From the NCBI GenBank assembly GCA_035519565.1, contig DATIWD010000136.1:5964-69963 (forward strand): a stretch of 64,000 nt of DNA, read 5' to 3'. The DNA is from Gemmatimonadales bacterium (lineage in GTDB: Bacteria; Gemmatimonadota; Gemmatimonadetes; Gemmatimonadales; GWC2-71-9). Numbering within the stretch: the first letter of the stretch is position 1; each line of letters opens with the position of its first letter. The position numbers and the translations under genes are program-made. Below are positions 46,546 through 55,157 of the stretch, one piece after another. Under the pieces are notes generated by a model. The model saw only the letters and a list, made by a program, of their open reading frames with translations, was not told the DNA's origin and made no database searches.

Positions 46546-47682
46546 CTAGAGCAGGCGGGTCACCCACTCTCCCACGATGTAGCCGGCTGCGGCGACGCCG
46601 AGGCCGACCACGAACATGTCGAAGCCGCTGCGAATCACCCCGCGGCCGGTAAAGAAGCTTCGCGCTGCGCCCACCCCGAAGTGCGATAGCATCGAAATCG
46701 AGAACGAGGTCCAGATCGCGGCGGGACCGCTCAGGAGGAGGAACGGTGCCACCGGGATCAGGGCGCCGATGGCGGTGGCCGAGCCGGTGATCCAGGCTTC
46801 CTGCAGTGGCGTGCTGCTGGCCTCGCCGAACTTGAGCTCCTCTTTGACCTTCTCGGAGAGCGCCCGTTCCGGGTCGCTCATCACCTGGGCCGCGATCTCC
46901 TTGGCCTGGTCGGCAGGAATCCCCTTGGCCTGGTAGAGGAGCGCCAGCTCTTCGCGCTCGAGATCCGGCATCAGCCGGATCTCTTCCTTCTCCATCGCGA
47001 TCTCGTGTTCCTGGACCTCGCGCTCGCTCTTGGCCGCGAGGTAACCCGACGCTCCCATGGAGAGTGCGTCGGCCACGGTGCCCGCGACACCGGCGACGAT
47101 CACCGCGTGGCCCGCGATGTTGAGATTGGTCTGGGCCCCGATCATTCCCGCCACCAGGCCGAAATTGGCCGTGAGCCCGTCGTTGAAGCCGTAGACCAGG
47201 TTTCGGAGCAAGCCGCCGGCCCCGGTCTTGTGCCAGGGCTCGGCCCCGGCGCCGCTCAACCCGGCCAGCGATTCGGCGTGCGCCGCCGACTCCTGGGCCA
47301 GGGTCAGCGCGGTGGAACCAGTGGGGGCGTCGGGTCCCGAACGGTAGAGGTTCAGATAGCTCTTGACCTCGCGCCCCTCTTCCTCAAGCAGCAATGGTAG
47401 CAGCAGTCGACTCCCGAAACGGCGCGCCAGCCAGGCCATCGATCGCGCCCGGAACGAGGGACGCACGGCCGGAACCCGGTGCCCGTTTTCGGTGAGCAGT
47501 CGCTGCCACATCTCGACATGGCGGTCCTCGACTTCCGCCAGTTTTTCATAGATGGCCGCGCGATCCCGATCAGGCTCGGCCCGTGCCAGTTCTCTATAGA
47601 GGAATGCTGCGTCCGCCTCGTCCTCGAGGTGGTGGAGCCAGAGTTTGGGTGCGGGAGCCAAGGAGGGAGCCGTTGCAGTCAT
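46546..47682 (-). CDS. mbfA: membrane-bound ferritin-like / VIT1 (CCC1) family iron-manganese transporter
   Basis: N-terminal erythrin/ferritin-like helices with E..H (EVEDRHVEMW). C-terminal VIT1 membrane domain (GFNDGLTANFGLVAG...). Confidence 0.75.
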   Translation of the reverse strand: MTATAPSLAPAPKLWLHHLEDEADAAFLYRELARAEPDRDRAAIYEKLAEVEDRHVEMWQRLLTENGHRVPAVRPSFRARSMAWLARRFGSRLLLPLLLEEEGREVKSYLNLYRSGPDAPTGSTALTLAQESAAHAESLAGLSGAGAEPWHKTGAGGLLRNLVYGFNDGLTANFGLVAGMIGAQTNLNIAGHAVIVAGVAGTVADALSMGASGYLAAKSEREVQEHEIAMEKEEIRLMPDLEREELALLYQAKGIPADQAKEIAAQVMSDPERALSEKVKEELKFGEASSTPLQEAWITGSATAIGALIPVAPFLLLSGPAAIWTSFSISMLSHFGVGAARSFFTGRGVIRSGFDMFVVGLGVAAAGYIVGEWVTRLL

Positions 47683-47804
47683 GGAACGAAAATATATCTG
47701 GTTTCGGGTATCCTACGGACCCTCAGGGAAAGGCGACTTGACAGCCCCCTGTTCGTGGCGCAACCTCACGCAATCCAACAACTCAACAGGACTCGGAGGT
47801 CTTC

Positions 47805-49205
47805 ATGCCGCGCTACGTCGGTGCAGCATCGCTGCTGGCCACGCTGGCTCTGCTGAGCGGCTGTACGTCTGATCAGCCTCTCCCACTCGCCTCCAATCAG
47901 GCCAAGGCATCGCCGGTCAGAACACCGATCCTCTCGCTCGCCACCGGGCAACACGGGGCTCCGCGCAGTTGGGTGAATCTTACCGGCCCCATGCAGCCCG
48001 CCTTCGAACAGGCGGTCAAGGCGGCCGGTGGCACCATCGAGCGCCGGCACCCCGAGATCAACGCCGTCACCATCACCGGGCTCTCGTCCGCTGGCGTGGC
48101 CGCCCTCGCGGCCCGTGCTGACGTCGAGCACATCGGGCCCGATCTCAAGGTCCAATGGGTCCCCACCCTGCCACAGGCGGAACGTGGTCGGATCCAATTG
48201 ACGGGCCACCGCGCACCGGGCAGCGGCCAGTTCGATCAGAGTGGCGCCTACTTCTTCGATCACTACCAGTGGAACATGAAGAAGATCAGGGCCCCGGAAG
48301 GCTGGGCTAGGACGCCCGCCGGTCTGGGCGTCGAGGTCTGCGTCCTGGATACCGGCATCGACCCGGGCCACATCGACCTCCAGGGCCGGGTGGATCTCGA
48401 GCACAGCACTTCTTTCGTGGAGTCGGAGCCGTTTATCGAAGACCTGGACTTCCACGGGACCTTCGTCTCCACCCTGATCAGCTCGAATGGATTGGGGATT
48501 GCCTCGGTGGCGCCCGGAGCGACTCTCTGCATGGTCAAGGTGCTGGACCAGACCGGTTCAGGCTCCTTTGGCGATATGGTCGCGGGGATGCTGTACGCGG
48601 CCGAGCTGGGCGTGGACGTGATCAACATGAGCCTGGGTGCCCTGCTGGATCTGAGCGATCCCGACCAGCGGGCGCTGTTTCAGGCTTTGAACCGGGTGGC
48701 GAATTTCGTGAATCGCCGCGGCGTACTCATCGTGGCCGCGGCCGGGAACGACGGGCTCAATCTCGACCGCTCGGGCAGGACCAAGAACGTGCCCTCTCAG
48801 CTGGACAACGTAGTCTCGGTCGGCGCCACCGGGCCCATCAACCAGCAGAACTTCGACCGGCTGGCCAGCTACTCCAACTATGGCCGGACCGGGGTGGACA
48901 TCGTGGCACCTGGCGGCGAGTACATCGAGAACCAGACCGTACTCGAGGACCTGATCATGTCCGCCTGCAGTGAATTCGTCTGCGGAGACGTGGACTTCTA
49001 TGTCTTCGCCGATGGGACCAGTTTTTCCGCCCCCCATGCGGCCGGCGCCGCCGCGGTGATCGAATCCAACTATCGCCGTGACCAGCGCCCGGGTCTCCTG
49101 GGCGCCTGCCTGGAAATCGGGGCCGACAATATTGGTCCCGCGGTCTTCTTCGGGCACGGGCGGGTCGACGTACCCAGGGAAGCACGGTGTAACGCGACCT
49201 GGTAG
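47805..49205 (+). CDS. S8 family (subtilisin-like) serine peptidase, lipoprotein
   Basis: Lipobox LLSGC. Catalytic blocks VLDTGID, HGTFVS and GTSFSAPHAAG. Confidence 0.9.
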   Translation: MPRYVGAASLLATLALLSGCTSDQPLPLASNQAKASPVRTPILSLATGQHGAPRSWVNLTGPMQPAFEQAVKAAGGTIERRHPEINAVTITGLSSAGVAALAARADVEHIGPDLKVQWVPTLPQAERGRIQLTGHRAPGSGQFDQSGAYFFDHYQWNMKKIRAPEGWARTPAGLGVEVCVLDTGIDPGHIDLQGRVDLEHSTSFVESEPFIEDLDFHGTFVSTLISSNGLGIASVAPGATLCMVKVLDQTGSGSFGDMVAGMLYAAELGVDVINMSLGALLDLSDPDQRALFQALNRVANFVNRRGVLIVAAAGNDGLNLDRSGRTKNVPSQLDNVVSVGATGPINQQNFDRLASYSNYGRTGVDIVAPGGEYIENQTVLEDLIMSACSEFVCGDVDFYVFADGTSFSAPHAAGAAAVIESNYRRDQRPGLLGACLEIGADNIGPAVFFGHGRVDVPREARCNATW

Positions 49206-49217
49206 CAGTCTTATCGA

Positions 49218-49248
49218 GCGGGCCCGGTTCATGAAGGACCGGGCCCGC
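49218..49248 (+). terminator. stem-loop downstream of the S8 peptidase gene (terminator-like, no U tract)
   Basis: Perfect 11-bp stem GCGGGCCCGGU / ACCGGGCCCGC with a 9-nt loop, 13 nt after the stop codon. Confidence 0.45.
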
Positions 49249-49270
49249 GTCCTAGTGCCCTGGTCCCACG

Positions 49271-49344
49271 TCTTAATGCCCCGGATTCCCGTATCTTAAT
49301 GCCCGGGGCCCGGTTCTTAATGCGCCGGGCCCCGATCTTAATGC
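49271..49344 (+). repeat. four phased direct repeats of TCTTAATGC (unit ~21-23 bp) upstream of an ECF sigma gene
   Basis: Boxes at 49271, 49294, 49315 and 49336. Unit TCTTAATGCSCCGGGSCCSGN. A degenerate box TCTTTAGC at 49377 lies 41 nt further on. Confidence 0.8.
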
Positions 49345-49390
49345 GCCCCCCTGCAACCGTGGTTCCTCCTCCCGCATCTTTAGCACAGCC

Positions 49391-49930
49391 ATGGCAGACA
49401 CCTACCTCCTCGCTGACGCCGAGCCGTTGCTCGCGCGGGCGCGAGCCGGAGATCAGACGGCGCTCGAAGAGTTGTATCGGGCGTTCGAGACGCCCGTGTA
49501 TAACCTGGCGCGCCGGTTCTGCCGGACCGCCGAGGACGCCGAAGATGTGCTGCAGGAGACCTTCTTCGAGGTTTGCCGCAGCCTGAAGCACTACCGGGGC
49601 GAAGGGTCCCTCTGGGGGTGGATCCGGACCATCGCCGCGAGCAAGGCGCTGATGCGCCTCCGTCGCAACCGGTATCGGGAGACCGAAGCGCTTGAAGACG
49701 ATCTCCACGTCGGTCCCCGGGCCGATCAACACCTCCGGATGGACCTCGAAGCCGCGTTCGAACGGCTTCCGCCCCTCTCCCGCGCCGTGGTCTGGCTCCA
49801 CGATGTCGAGGGCTACACCCACGAAGAGATCGCGGGGATGATGGGGAAGACGGTGAGTTTCTCGAAATCGCAGTTGGCACGCGCCCACACCCGGCTCCGC
49901 CGCTGGCTGGGCGAGGAGACCGCGGGATGA
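49391..49930 (+). CDS. ECF-type RNA polymerase sigma factor
   Basis: Region 2 (LEELYRAFETPVYNLARRFCRTAEDAEDVLQETF) and region 4 (YTHEEIAGMMGKTVSFSKSQLARAHTRL). Confidence 0.9.
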   Translation: MADTYLLADAEPLLARARAGDQTALEELYRAFETPVYNLARRFCRTAEDAEDVLQETFFEVCRSLKHYRGEGSLWGWIRTIAASKALMRLRRNRYRETEALEDDLHVGPRADQHLRMDLEAAFERLPPLSRAVVWLHDVEGYTHEEIAGMMGKTVSFSKSQLARAHTRLRRWLGEETAG

Positions 49931-50526
49931 CACACCTGGGAATGGAGCAGTTGCTGCAGTTGCGGGAGCCCGGCCTGGAGCCGGGTGGCGCCGCCGCACG
50001 GGAGCACGTCGAGGCGTGCCCGCAGTGCCGCGCCGAGTTGGACCGGTTGCATCAGCGGGTGGCACGGCTCCGGGCGCTCCCGGCACTGCGCCCAGGGCAC
50101 AATCGCTGGCCCGCCGTGCGCGCCCGGCTGGCGGCGCATGCCCGCCGGCGCCTCCTGCGCTTCGCCTCAGTAGGCGGCTTGGGCCTCGCGGCGTCGATCG
50201 CCCTGCTATTGATGGTGCGCGATCTGGCGCACCCGGCCAGCGTCGCCGGCAGCGAGCTCTCTTCGGCGATCGCCCGCTCCCACGAGCTCGAGCGAACACT
50301 CGACAGTTTCAAGTCGGATCAGCGGGTGACCGATGGCTGGACCGACCGGATGGCAGGAGAGCTGGAAGACCGGATCGCCCTGGTCGACCGGCAACTCGAA
50401 ATGGCTCAGCTGATGGACCCCGAGTCCAGCGAAACTGCCCTCCTCCGCCTCTGGCGGGAACGGGTCGGGTTGCTGGATGCGCTGGTGGACGTCCATCTGA
50501 CCCGCGCCAGTCGTATCGGGCTTTGA
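49927..50526 (+). CDS. anti-sigma factor with zf-HC2 motif
   Basis: ATGA overlap with the sigma gene. H-x3-C-x2-C (HVEACPQC). Single TM. Confidence 0.8.
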   Translation: MTHLGMEQLLQLREPGLEPGGAAAREHVEACPQCRAELDRLHQRVARLRALPALRPGHNRWPAVRARLAAHARRRLLRFASVGGLGLAASIALLLMVRDLAHPASVAGSELSSAIARSHELERTLDSFKSDQRVTDGWTDRMAGELEDRIALVDRQLEMAQLMDPESSETALLRLWRERVGLLDALVDVHLTRASRIGL

Positions 50527-50545
50527 GCGTCGTTCTGGAGGTTGT

Positions 50546-51493
50546 ATGTCCATGAAGTCTCATCGAATTCTCGGAATCTTCCCGGCCCTGATGGCCACCC
50601 TGGTCCTCACGGCTGGTGCGCAGGATAAGCCGGCTCCCAAGACGCCTCCGTCGTCGAAGCCGAAGGCGACCGCTCCCAAGGATGACGGCCTACTGCTCTC
50701 GACCCATCGCCGGGCCCGGCTGGGGATTTCGGTCAGCCTGCGCGCGCGCGCGAGCGACTCCATCGGCGCCTACATCAACGGCGTCACCCCCGGGGGACCC
50801 GCGGCTCGGGCCGGGGTTCGCTCCGGTGACATCATCACCCGCCTCGACGGCAAGGCGCTGCTGGACCGGGACGCCAAGGTCAAGGAAGGCACGTCGGCAC
50901 CCGGGATTCGCCTGATCGAGTTGGCGGCCAAGCTGGAGCCCGACGATACCGTCGCGGTGGAATTCCGGCGCGCCGGGGAAACCCGGACGGTGAAGGTCGT
51001 CGCTTCACCGGAGCCTGACCTGACCATCCGCGCCCTGGTGGATCCGGAGCTCGACTTCGCGATCACGCCCGAGATGGCGGAGGCCATGCGGAAGGGGATG
51101 GAGGATGTCCCCGGCAACGTCGAGATGATGCGGACCCGGCTCGACCGCATGGGCGGTCCGGCTGGGCGCGTCCTGATCACCTTCGGCAGCCCCCTGGCCG
51201 ACCTCGAGCTGGCCCCCATCAATCCCGAGCTCGGCAAGTACTTCGGGGTGAGCGAGGGGATCCTGGTCATCAGCGTCCCGGCCGATTCCAAGTTGAATCT
51301 CAAGCCGGGTGACGTGGTGTTGTCCGTGGATGGCCGGGTTCCCAGCAACCCCACCCATCTGCTGCGGATCCTGCGGAGCTACGAGCCGGGCGAGCAGTTC
51401 AAGATGGACGTGATGCGCATGAAGAAGAAGGAATCGGTGACCGGTCGGCTCGCCGATAGCGGGGACAAGGACAAGGACGACGGCGAGGAGTAG
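50546..51493 (+). CDS. secreted tandem-PDZ domain protein (no protease domain)
   Basis: Signal peptide. Two PDZ cores (GVTPGGPAARAGVRSGDIITRLDG and VISVPADSKLNLKPGDVVLSVDG). Confidence 0.75.
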   Translation: MSMKSHRILGIFPALMATLVLTAGAQDKPAPKTPPSSKPKATAPKDDGLLLSTHRRARLGISVSLRARASDSIGAYINGVTPGGPAARAGVRSGDIITRLDGKALLDRDAKVKEGTSAPGIRLIELAAKLEPDDTVAVEFRRAGETRTVKVVASPEPDLTIRALVDPELDFAITPEMAEAMRKGMEDVPGNVEMMRTRLDRMGGPAGRVLITFGSPLADLELAPINPELGKYFGVSEGILVISVPADSKLNLKPGDVVLSVDGRVPSNPTHLLRILRSYEPGEQFKMDVMRMKKKESVTGRLADSGDKDKDDGEE

Positions 51494-51494
51494 C

Positions 51495-53204
51495 TCAACC
51501 TCGCCGGGCGGTCTCCAGCGGACGCTCGCTGCGGAGCCGCTCCACCAGCTCCACGAAGGACGGCAGATCCAGGCTCTGGGGGCCGTCGCTCACCGCGTGA
51601 TCGGGAGAAGGATGCACCTCCACGATCACCCCGTGCGCGCCGGCCGCCAGAGCCGCGTGCGTCAAGGGGGCCACGATCGATCGCAGGCCGGCGGCGTGAC
51701 TCGGGTCGGCGATCACCGGCAGGTGGGTCCGCTCCCGCACCAGGGCCACCGCGTTGAGATCCAGGGTGTGCCGGGTCGCGCGCTCGAAGGTTCGAATCCC
51801 CCGCTCGCAGAGCACCACGTTTTCGTTGCCATGGGCCAGGACGTACTCGGCCGCATGGAGCCATTCCTCGATGGTCGCCCCGGCGCCGCGCTTGAGCAGG
51901 ATTGGCTTGCCGCTGCGACCGGCGGCGCGTAGCAGCGCGAAGTTCTGCATGTTGCGGGCGCCGATCTGAAGCATGTCGGCGTACCGCGCCACCACCGGCA
52001 CCTCCTCCCAACTCAGGACCTCGGTCACGATCGGCAGGCCGGTCCGCTCCCGGGCTTCCGCCAGGAACTTGAGCCCACGGACTCCGAGGCCCTGGAAGTC
52101 GTACGGCGACGTGCGGGGCTTGAAGGCCCCGCCTCGCAGCAGATCGGCTCCCGCCTGGGCGACCGCGATCGCCGTCTCCATGATCATGGCCTCGTTTTCC
52201 ACCGAGCAGGGCCCCGCGATGATGACCGGACGCGGCCCCCCGATCGGGACACCGCCCACCTCGACCACCGTGCCTTCCGGACGCTGCCGTCGGTCGAACA
52301 GGGGAACGTCCGGCTTGGGGCGGTGCTGAGGTGCCGCGGGAGTCGGAGTTGCGAGCACGGCTCCATCGCCGGTCCAGGCCAGGTAGCTGCCCAACACGAC
52401 GATTCGGGCCGCCAATGCCTCGATGGCCTCCAGCGCCTCGGCCAACCGCGGATCGGTGCTGGCGCCCTCGACGTCGAAGTAGAACCGGTAGGTCCACGGC
52501 GCGGAGCGCTCGGGCCGCGATTGCAGGGAAGTAAGATTGATTCCCCGGGCCGCGAACGCCTGAAGCACCGCGGCCAGCATCCCCGGCCGGTGGTCGAGCC
52601 AGACGATCAGTGAGGTCTTGCGGGGTCCTTCCTCCAGGGGCTCGGTGGTCGAGCCCCGCGCGAAGGTCAGAAAACGGGTCTGGTTGGTGGGATCGTCTTC
52701 GATGCGTTCCTCGATCACGCTCAGCCCGTAGATCCCGGCGGCGTGGGCCGGTCCGATCGCGACCTGTGATGGATCCTTGGCGGCGGCCACCAGCTCGGCG
52801 CTCCCGGCGGTGTCCCAGGCGCTCACCTGTTCGGCGTTGGAGAGGTGGCGTCCCAGCCAGATCTTGCACTGGCCCAGGGCCACCGGGTGCGAGAGCACCC
52901 GGCGCACATTCGCCAGCTTCGCTTCCGGCAGGCCCATCACCGCATGGTGGACCGGCAGCAGCACCTCGTGCAGCAGCTGAAGCGCGCCATCGCCGAAGGC
53001 CTGGTGCAGCAGATCATAGGTGGGCGTGACCGAGCCGATCAGTGAGTTTTCGATGGCCAGACACCCACCATCGGCCCGTCCTTCCCGCACGGCCGTCACC
53101 ACGTCCGCCACCTCGTGGCAGGGGACGATGGTGAGATCGGGCCAGCGCAGCCGGGCGGCCGCTTCGCTGAAGGCTCCGTGAGTTCCCTGGATGGCCACGC
53201 GCAT
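51495..53204 (-). CDS. fusion protein: prephenate dehydratase + ACT domain (N-terminal) and type I-beta DAHP synthase (C-terminal)
   Basis: AGGAG SD. PDT blocks [19 protein letters not shown] and TRFL. ACT block LTSLQSRPE...[14 protein letters not shown] blocks [35 protein letters not shown] and ADPSH. Confidence 0.88.
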   Translation of the reverse strand: MRVAIQGTHGAFSEAAARLRWPDLTIVPCHEVADVVTAVREGRADGGCLAIENSLIGSVTPTYDLLHQAFGDGALQLLHEVLLPVHHAVMGLPEAKLANVRRVLSHPVALGQCKIWLGRHLSNAEQVSAWDTAGSAELVAAAKDPSQVAIGPAHAAGIYGLSVIEERIEDDPTNQTRFLTFARGSTTEPLEEGPRKTSLIVWLDHRPGMLAAVLQAFAARGINLTSLQSRPERSAPWTYRFYFDVEGASTDPRLAEALEAIEALAARIVVLGSYLAWTGDGAVLATPTPAAPQHRPKPDVPLFDRRQRPEGTVVEVGGVPIGGPRPVIIAGPCSVENEAMIMETAIAVAQAGADLLRGGAFKPRTSPYDFQGLGVRGLKFLAEARERTGLPIVTEVLSWEEVPVVARYADMLQIGARNMQNFALLRAAGRSGKPILLKRGAGATIEEWLHAAEYVLAHGNENVVLCERGIRTFERATRHTLDLNAVALVRERTHLPVIADPSHAAGLRSIVAPLTHAALAAGAHGVIVEVHPSPDHAVSDGPQSLDLPSFVELVERLRSERPLETARRG

Positions 53205-53225
53205 TCGCTACTCCTGGTTCGAGCC

Positions 53226-53262
53226 AAAGAAAAACGCCCCGCCGGCTGATTCCGGCGGGGCG
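53226..53262 (-). terminator. Rho-independent terminator / candidate attenuator upstream of the PDT-DAHPS gene
   Basis: On the minus strand: CGCCCCGCCGG-AAUCAG-CCGGCGGGGCG followed by UUUUUCUUU. It ends 22 nt before the AGGAG SD of the gene starting at 53204. Confidence 0.75.
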
Positions 53263-53290
53263 TCGAATCGGTCCGTGCGGTCGGGTTACT

Positions 53291-53368
53291 TCACGCGTTT
53301 CCCGACCCGGACGCGATACGAGCCGCGCCGGGGCAGGTAAAGAACCCGAAAGCCTGGAAGGTGTTCAT
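53291..53368 (-). promoter_or_regulatory. candidate Phe-rich leader peptide ORF (25 codons)
   Basis: The minus strand encodes ATG AAC ACC TTC CAG GCT TTC GGG TTC TTT ACC TGC ... TGA = MNTFQAFGFFTCPGAARIASGSGNA. Four Phe fall in the first 10 codons. It is preceded by TTGACA-N18-TAGCGT (53404-53375) and followed by overlapping hairpins and the terminator. Confidence 0.45.
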
Positions 53369-53412
53369 GCCTCTACGCTACCCCGAACCAGGGATCCTTG
53401 TCAAGCGACCGC

Positions 53413-54000
53413 CTACTGATCGCGGGGCTTGAATCGTTCTTCATTGTGCTCCCGGATCTTGGCGTACTTGGCGCGCTGATCCGGGGTGAGGAGCTGATCG
53501 ATCTGGGCGCGGGAGCTGTCCACCAGGGCCTTGATCCTGGGCTGGGTCTCTTCGCGGATCTTCTTGAAGGCTGTGGCCTGGCGCTCCATCACCGAGTCCA
53601 GCTTGGTCCGCTGGGAGGGGGACAGCGCCAGCTCCCTGCTCAGGCGGTCCACCATGTTCCGCCGCATGCCGAACTCGCCATCGCGCCCACCCATGTGTGG
53701 GCCGCCCATGGGCCGCCCGCCATCCATGCGCCGCCCGCCATCCATGCGCCGCCCCCCGCCGGGGCCGCCCCAGCCTCGGTGGCCCTGTGGGAAGCCTCGC
53801 CCCCAGCCCTCGCGCATGGCATAGGCCGGATGGTGGTGCCGGTGGAAGGCATAGCGATCGATCACAATTCCCGCGACGACGCCGAGCAGTGCCTGCAGTA
53901 CGAGCACGGTCGCTACCAGCGCCCACAAGGGGAAGCGACGTGCGGTGAGTTCGCCTGGTTGAGTTCCGGTCATGGAGAAGTTTCCTCGTCTAAGGCCCAA
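53413..54000 (-). CDS. membrane-anchored periplasmic LTXXQ protein (CpxP/Spy/ZraP/CnrX-like)
   Basis: N-terminal TM. Gly/Arg/Met-rich repeats (GGRRMDGGRRMDGGRPMGG). Two LTXXQ-type motifs (LSPSQ, LTPDQ). Confidence 0.7.
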   Translation of the reverse strand: MGLRRGNFSMTGTQPGELTARRFPLWALVATVLVLQALLGVVAGIVIDRYAFHRHHHPAYAMREGWGRGFPQGHRGWGGPGGGRRMDGGRRMDGGRPMGGPHMGGRDGEFGMRRNMVDRLSRELALSPSQRTKLDSVMERQATAFKKIREETQPRIKALVDSSRAQIDQLLTPDQRAKYAKIREHNEERFKPRDQ

Positions 54001-54392
54001 CTACCGTCGAGCGGCCCAACCACGGCCGCGACTACCTGATCCCTCGCCGCCGATCCGGCGACCGCGTCGAAGAAGGCTGCGGTGGCCGTTGAATCGGCGC
54101 CGGTGTCCTCCGGAGCCCCATCGGACTCCGGTCGGGTAAGCAGTACGGCGCCCACGATCCCGGCCGCGATGGCGACCCGGAACGCCCACGGCGTCCAGCG
54201 GGCCAACCCCTCCATCAGGTCACGGGTCCTGTTGCGCCGGGCCAGGCGGTGGGCCGCCGCGGTGGCGATTCGTTCGGCGATTCCGTCGAACTCCGCCTGA
54301 CTCAGCACCGGGATGCTCCGACTGTGCCGCAGCGCCGCGGTCAGCGTCCAGCGATTGAGGCTGTCATTACCCATATCCTGCTCCTGCGTCAT
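53970..54392 (-). CDS. putative anti-sigma factor (single TM)
   Basis: Overlaps the 3' end of the ECF sigma gene. Cytoplasmic helix followed by the TM segment AFRVAIAAGIVGAVLL. Confidence 0.55.
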   Translation of the reverse strand: MTQEQDMGNDSLNRWTLTAALRHSRSIPVLSQAEFDGIAERIATAAAHRLARRNRTRDLMEGLARWTPWAFRVAIAAGIVGAVLLTRPESDGAPEDTGADSTATAAFFDAVAGSAARDQVVAAVVGPLDGSWALDEETSP

Positions 54393-55020
54393 TCCTGACG
54401 CTCTGCATTGCCTGGCGGAGCCGATGCCGGGCCTGGTGGATGTGCCAGCGCACCGTGCCGGCGTTCACCCCGAACATCCGGGCCACTTCATCCACCGAGA
54501 AGCCGTCCAGCTCATGCAATTCGAACGAAACCCGTTGCCGCTCTGGTAACTCGGCCAACGCGGCGCGGAGCTGCGCAAATACGTCGGCCTGCACCACGGC
54601 CAGGAGCGGGGAGGGTTCCGAGGAAGCGATTTGCCCGGGAATCGTGTCCGTCCGGCGACGGCCCCGGGATCGTCTCATACTCAGAGCCCGGTTCATCGCG
54701 ATGCGGTAGACCCAGGGGCCAAACGGATGCCCCGCCTCGAAGGAGCCGATGTGGTCCAGCGCGGAAAGAAAGCTCTCCTGTACCGCATCTTCCGCATCCG
54801 CGCGATCCCACAGCACCCGAAACGCGACCGAGTAGACTCGATTGAGGTGCCGGCGTACCAGGCCATCGAACGCGTCGAGCTCCCCTGCCTGGACTCGACG
54901 GATCAGGGCCTCCTCCTCGGCGGCTCCTTCGCCGAGGGCGGAGTCGCTGCCTTGCCGTTCCTCGGAGGAAGCGAGGAGCATGTGCCTCGATGCGCTGCGA
55001 TGATTGTGTGATGATCCCAT
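54367..55020 (-). CDS. ECF-type RNA polymerase sigma factor
   Basis: Region 2 (LVRRHLNRVYSVAFRVLWDRADAEDAVQESF) and region 4 (FSVDEVARMFGVNAGTVRWHIHQARHRL). The start may be the internal ATG 54981. Confidence 0.88.
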   Translation of the reverse strand: MGSSHNHRSASRHMLLASSEERQGSDSALGEGAAEEEALIRRVQAGELDAFDGLVRRHLNRVYSVAFRVLWDRADAEDAVQESFLSALDHIGSFEAGHPFGPWVYRIAMNRALSMRRSRGRRRTDTIPGQIASSEPSPLLAVVQADVFAQLRAALAELPERQRVSFELHELDGFSVDEVARMFGVNAGTVRWHIHQARHRLRQAMQSVRNDAGAGYG

Positions 55021-55157
55021 TGAGTGTTCCGTTCCACCCTGGAATACGCCTCAACTCCACAGAGTGTTGGGTCCGAACTGATCCCAACGACCGAACGGAT
55101 CCCCGCGTAGTCCCTGTTGTAGCGGCTTCTCAGTCTTACTCACATCGGGATCAGATC

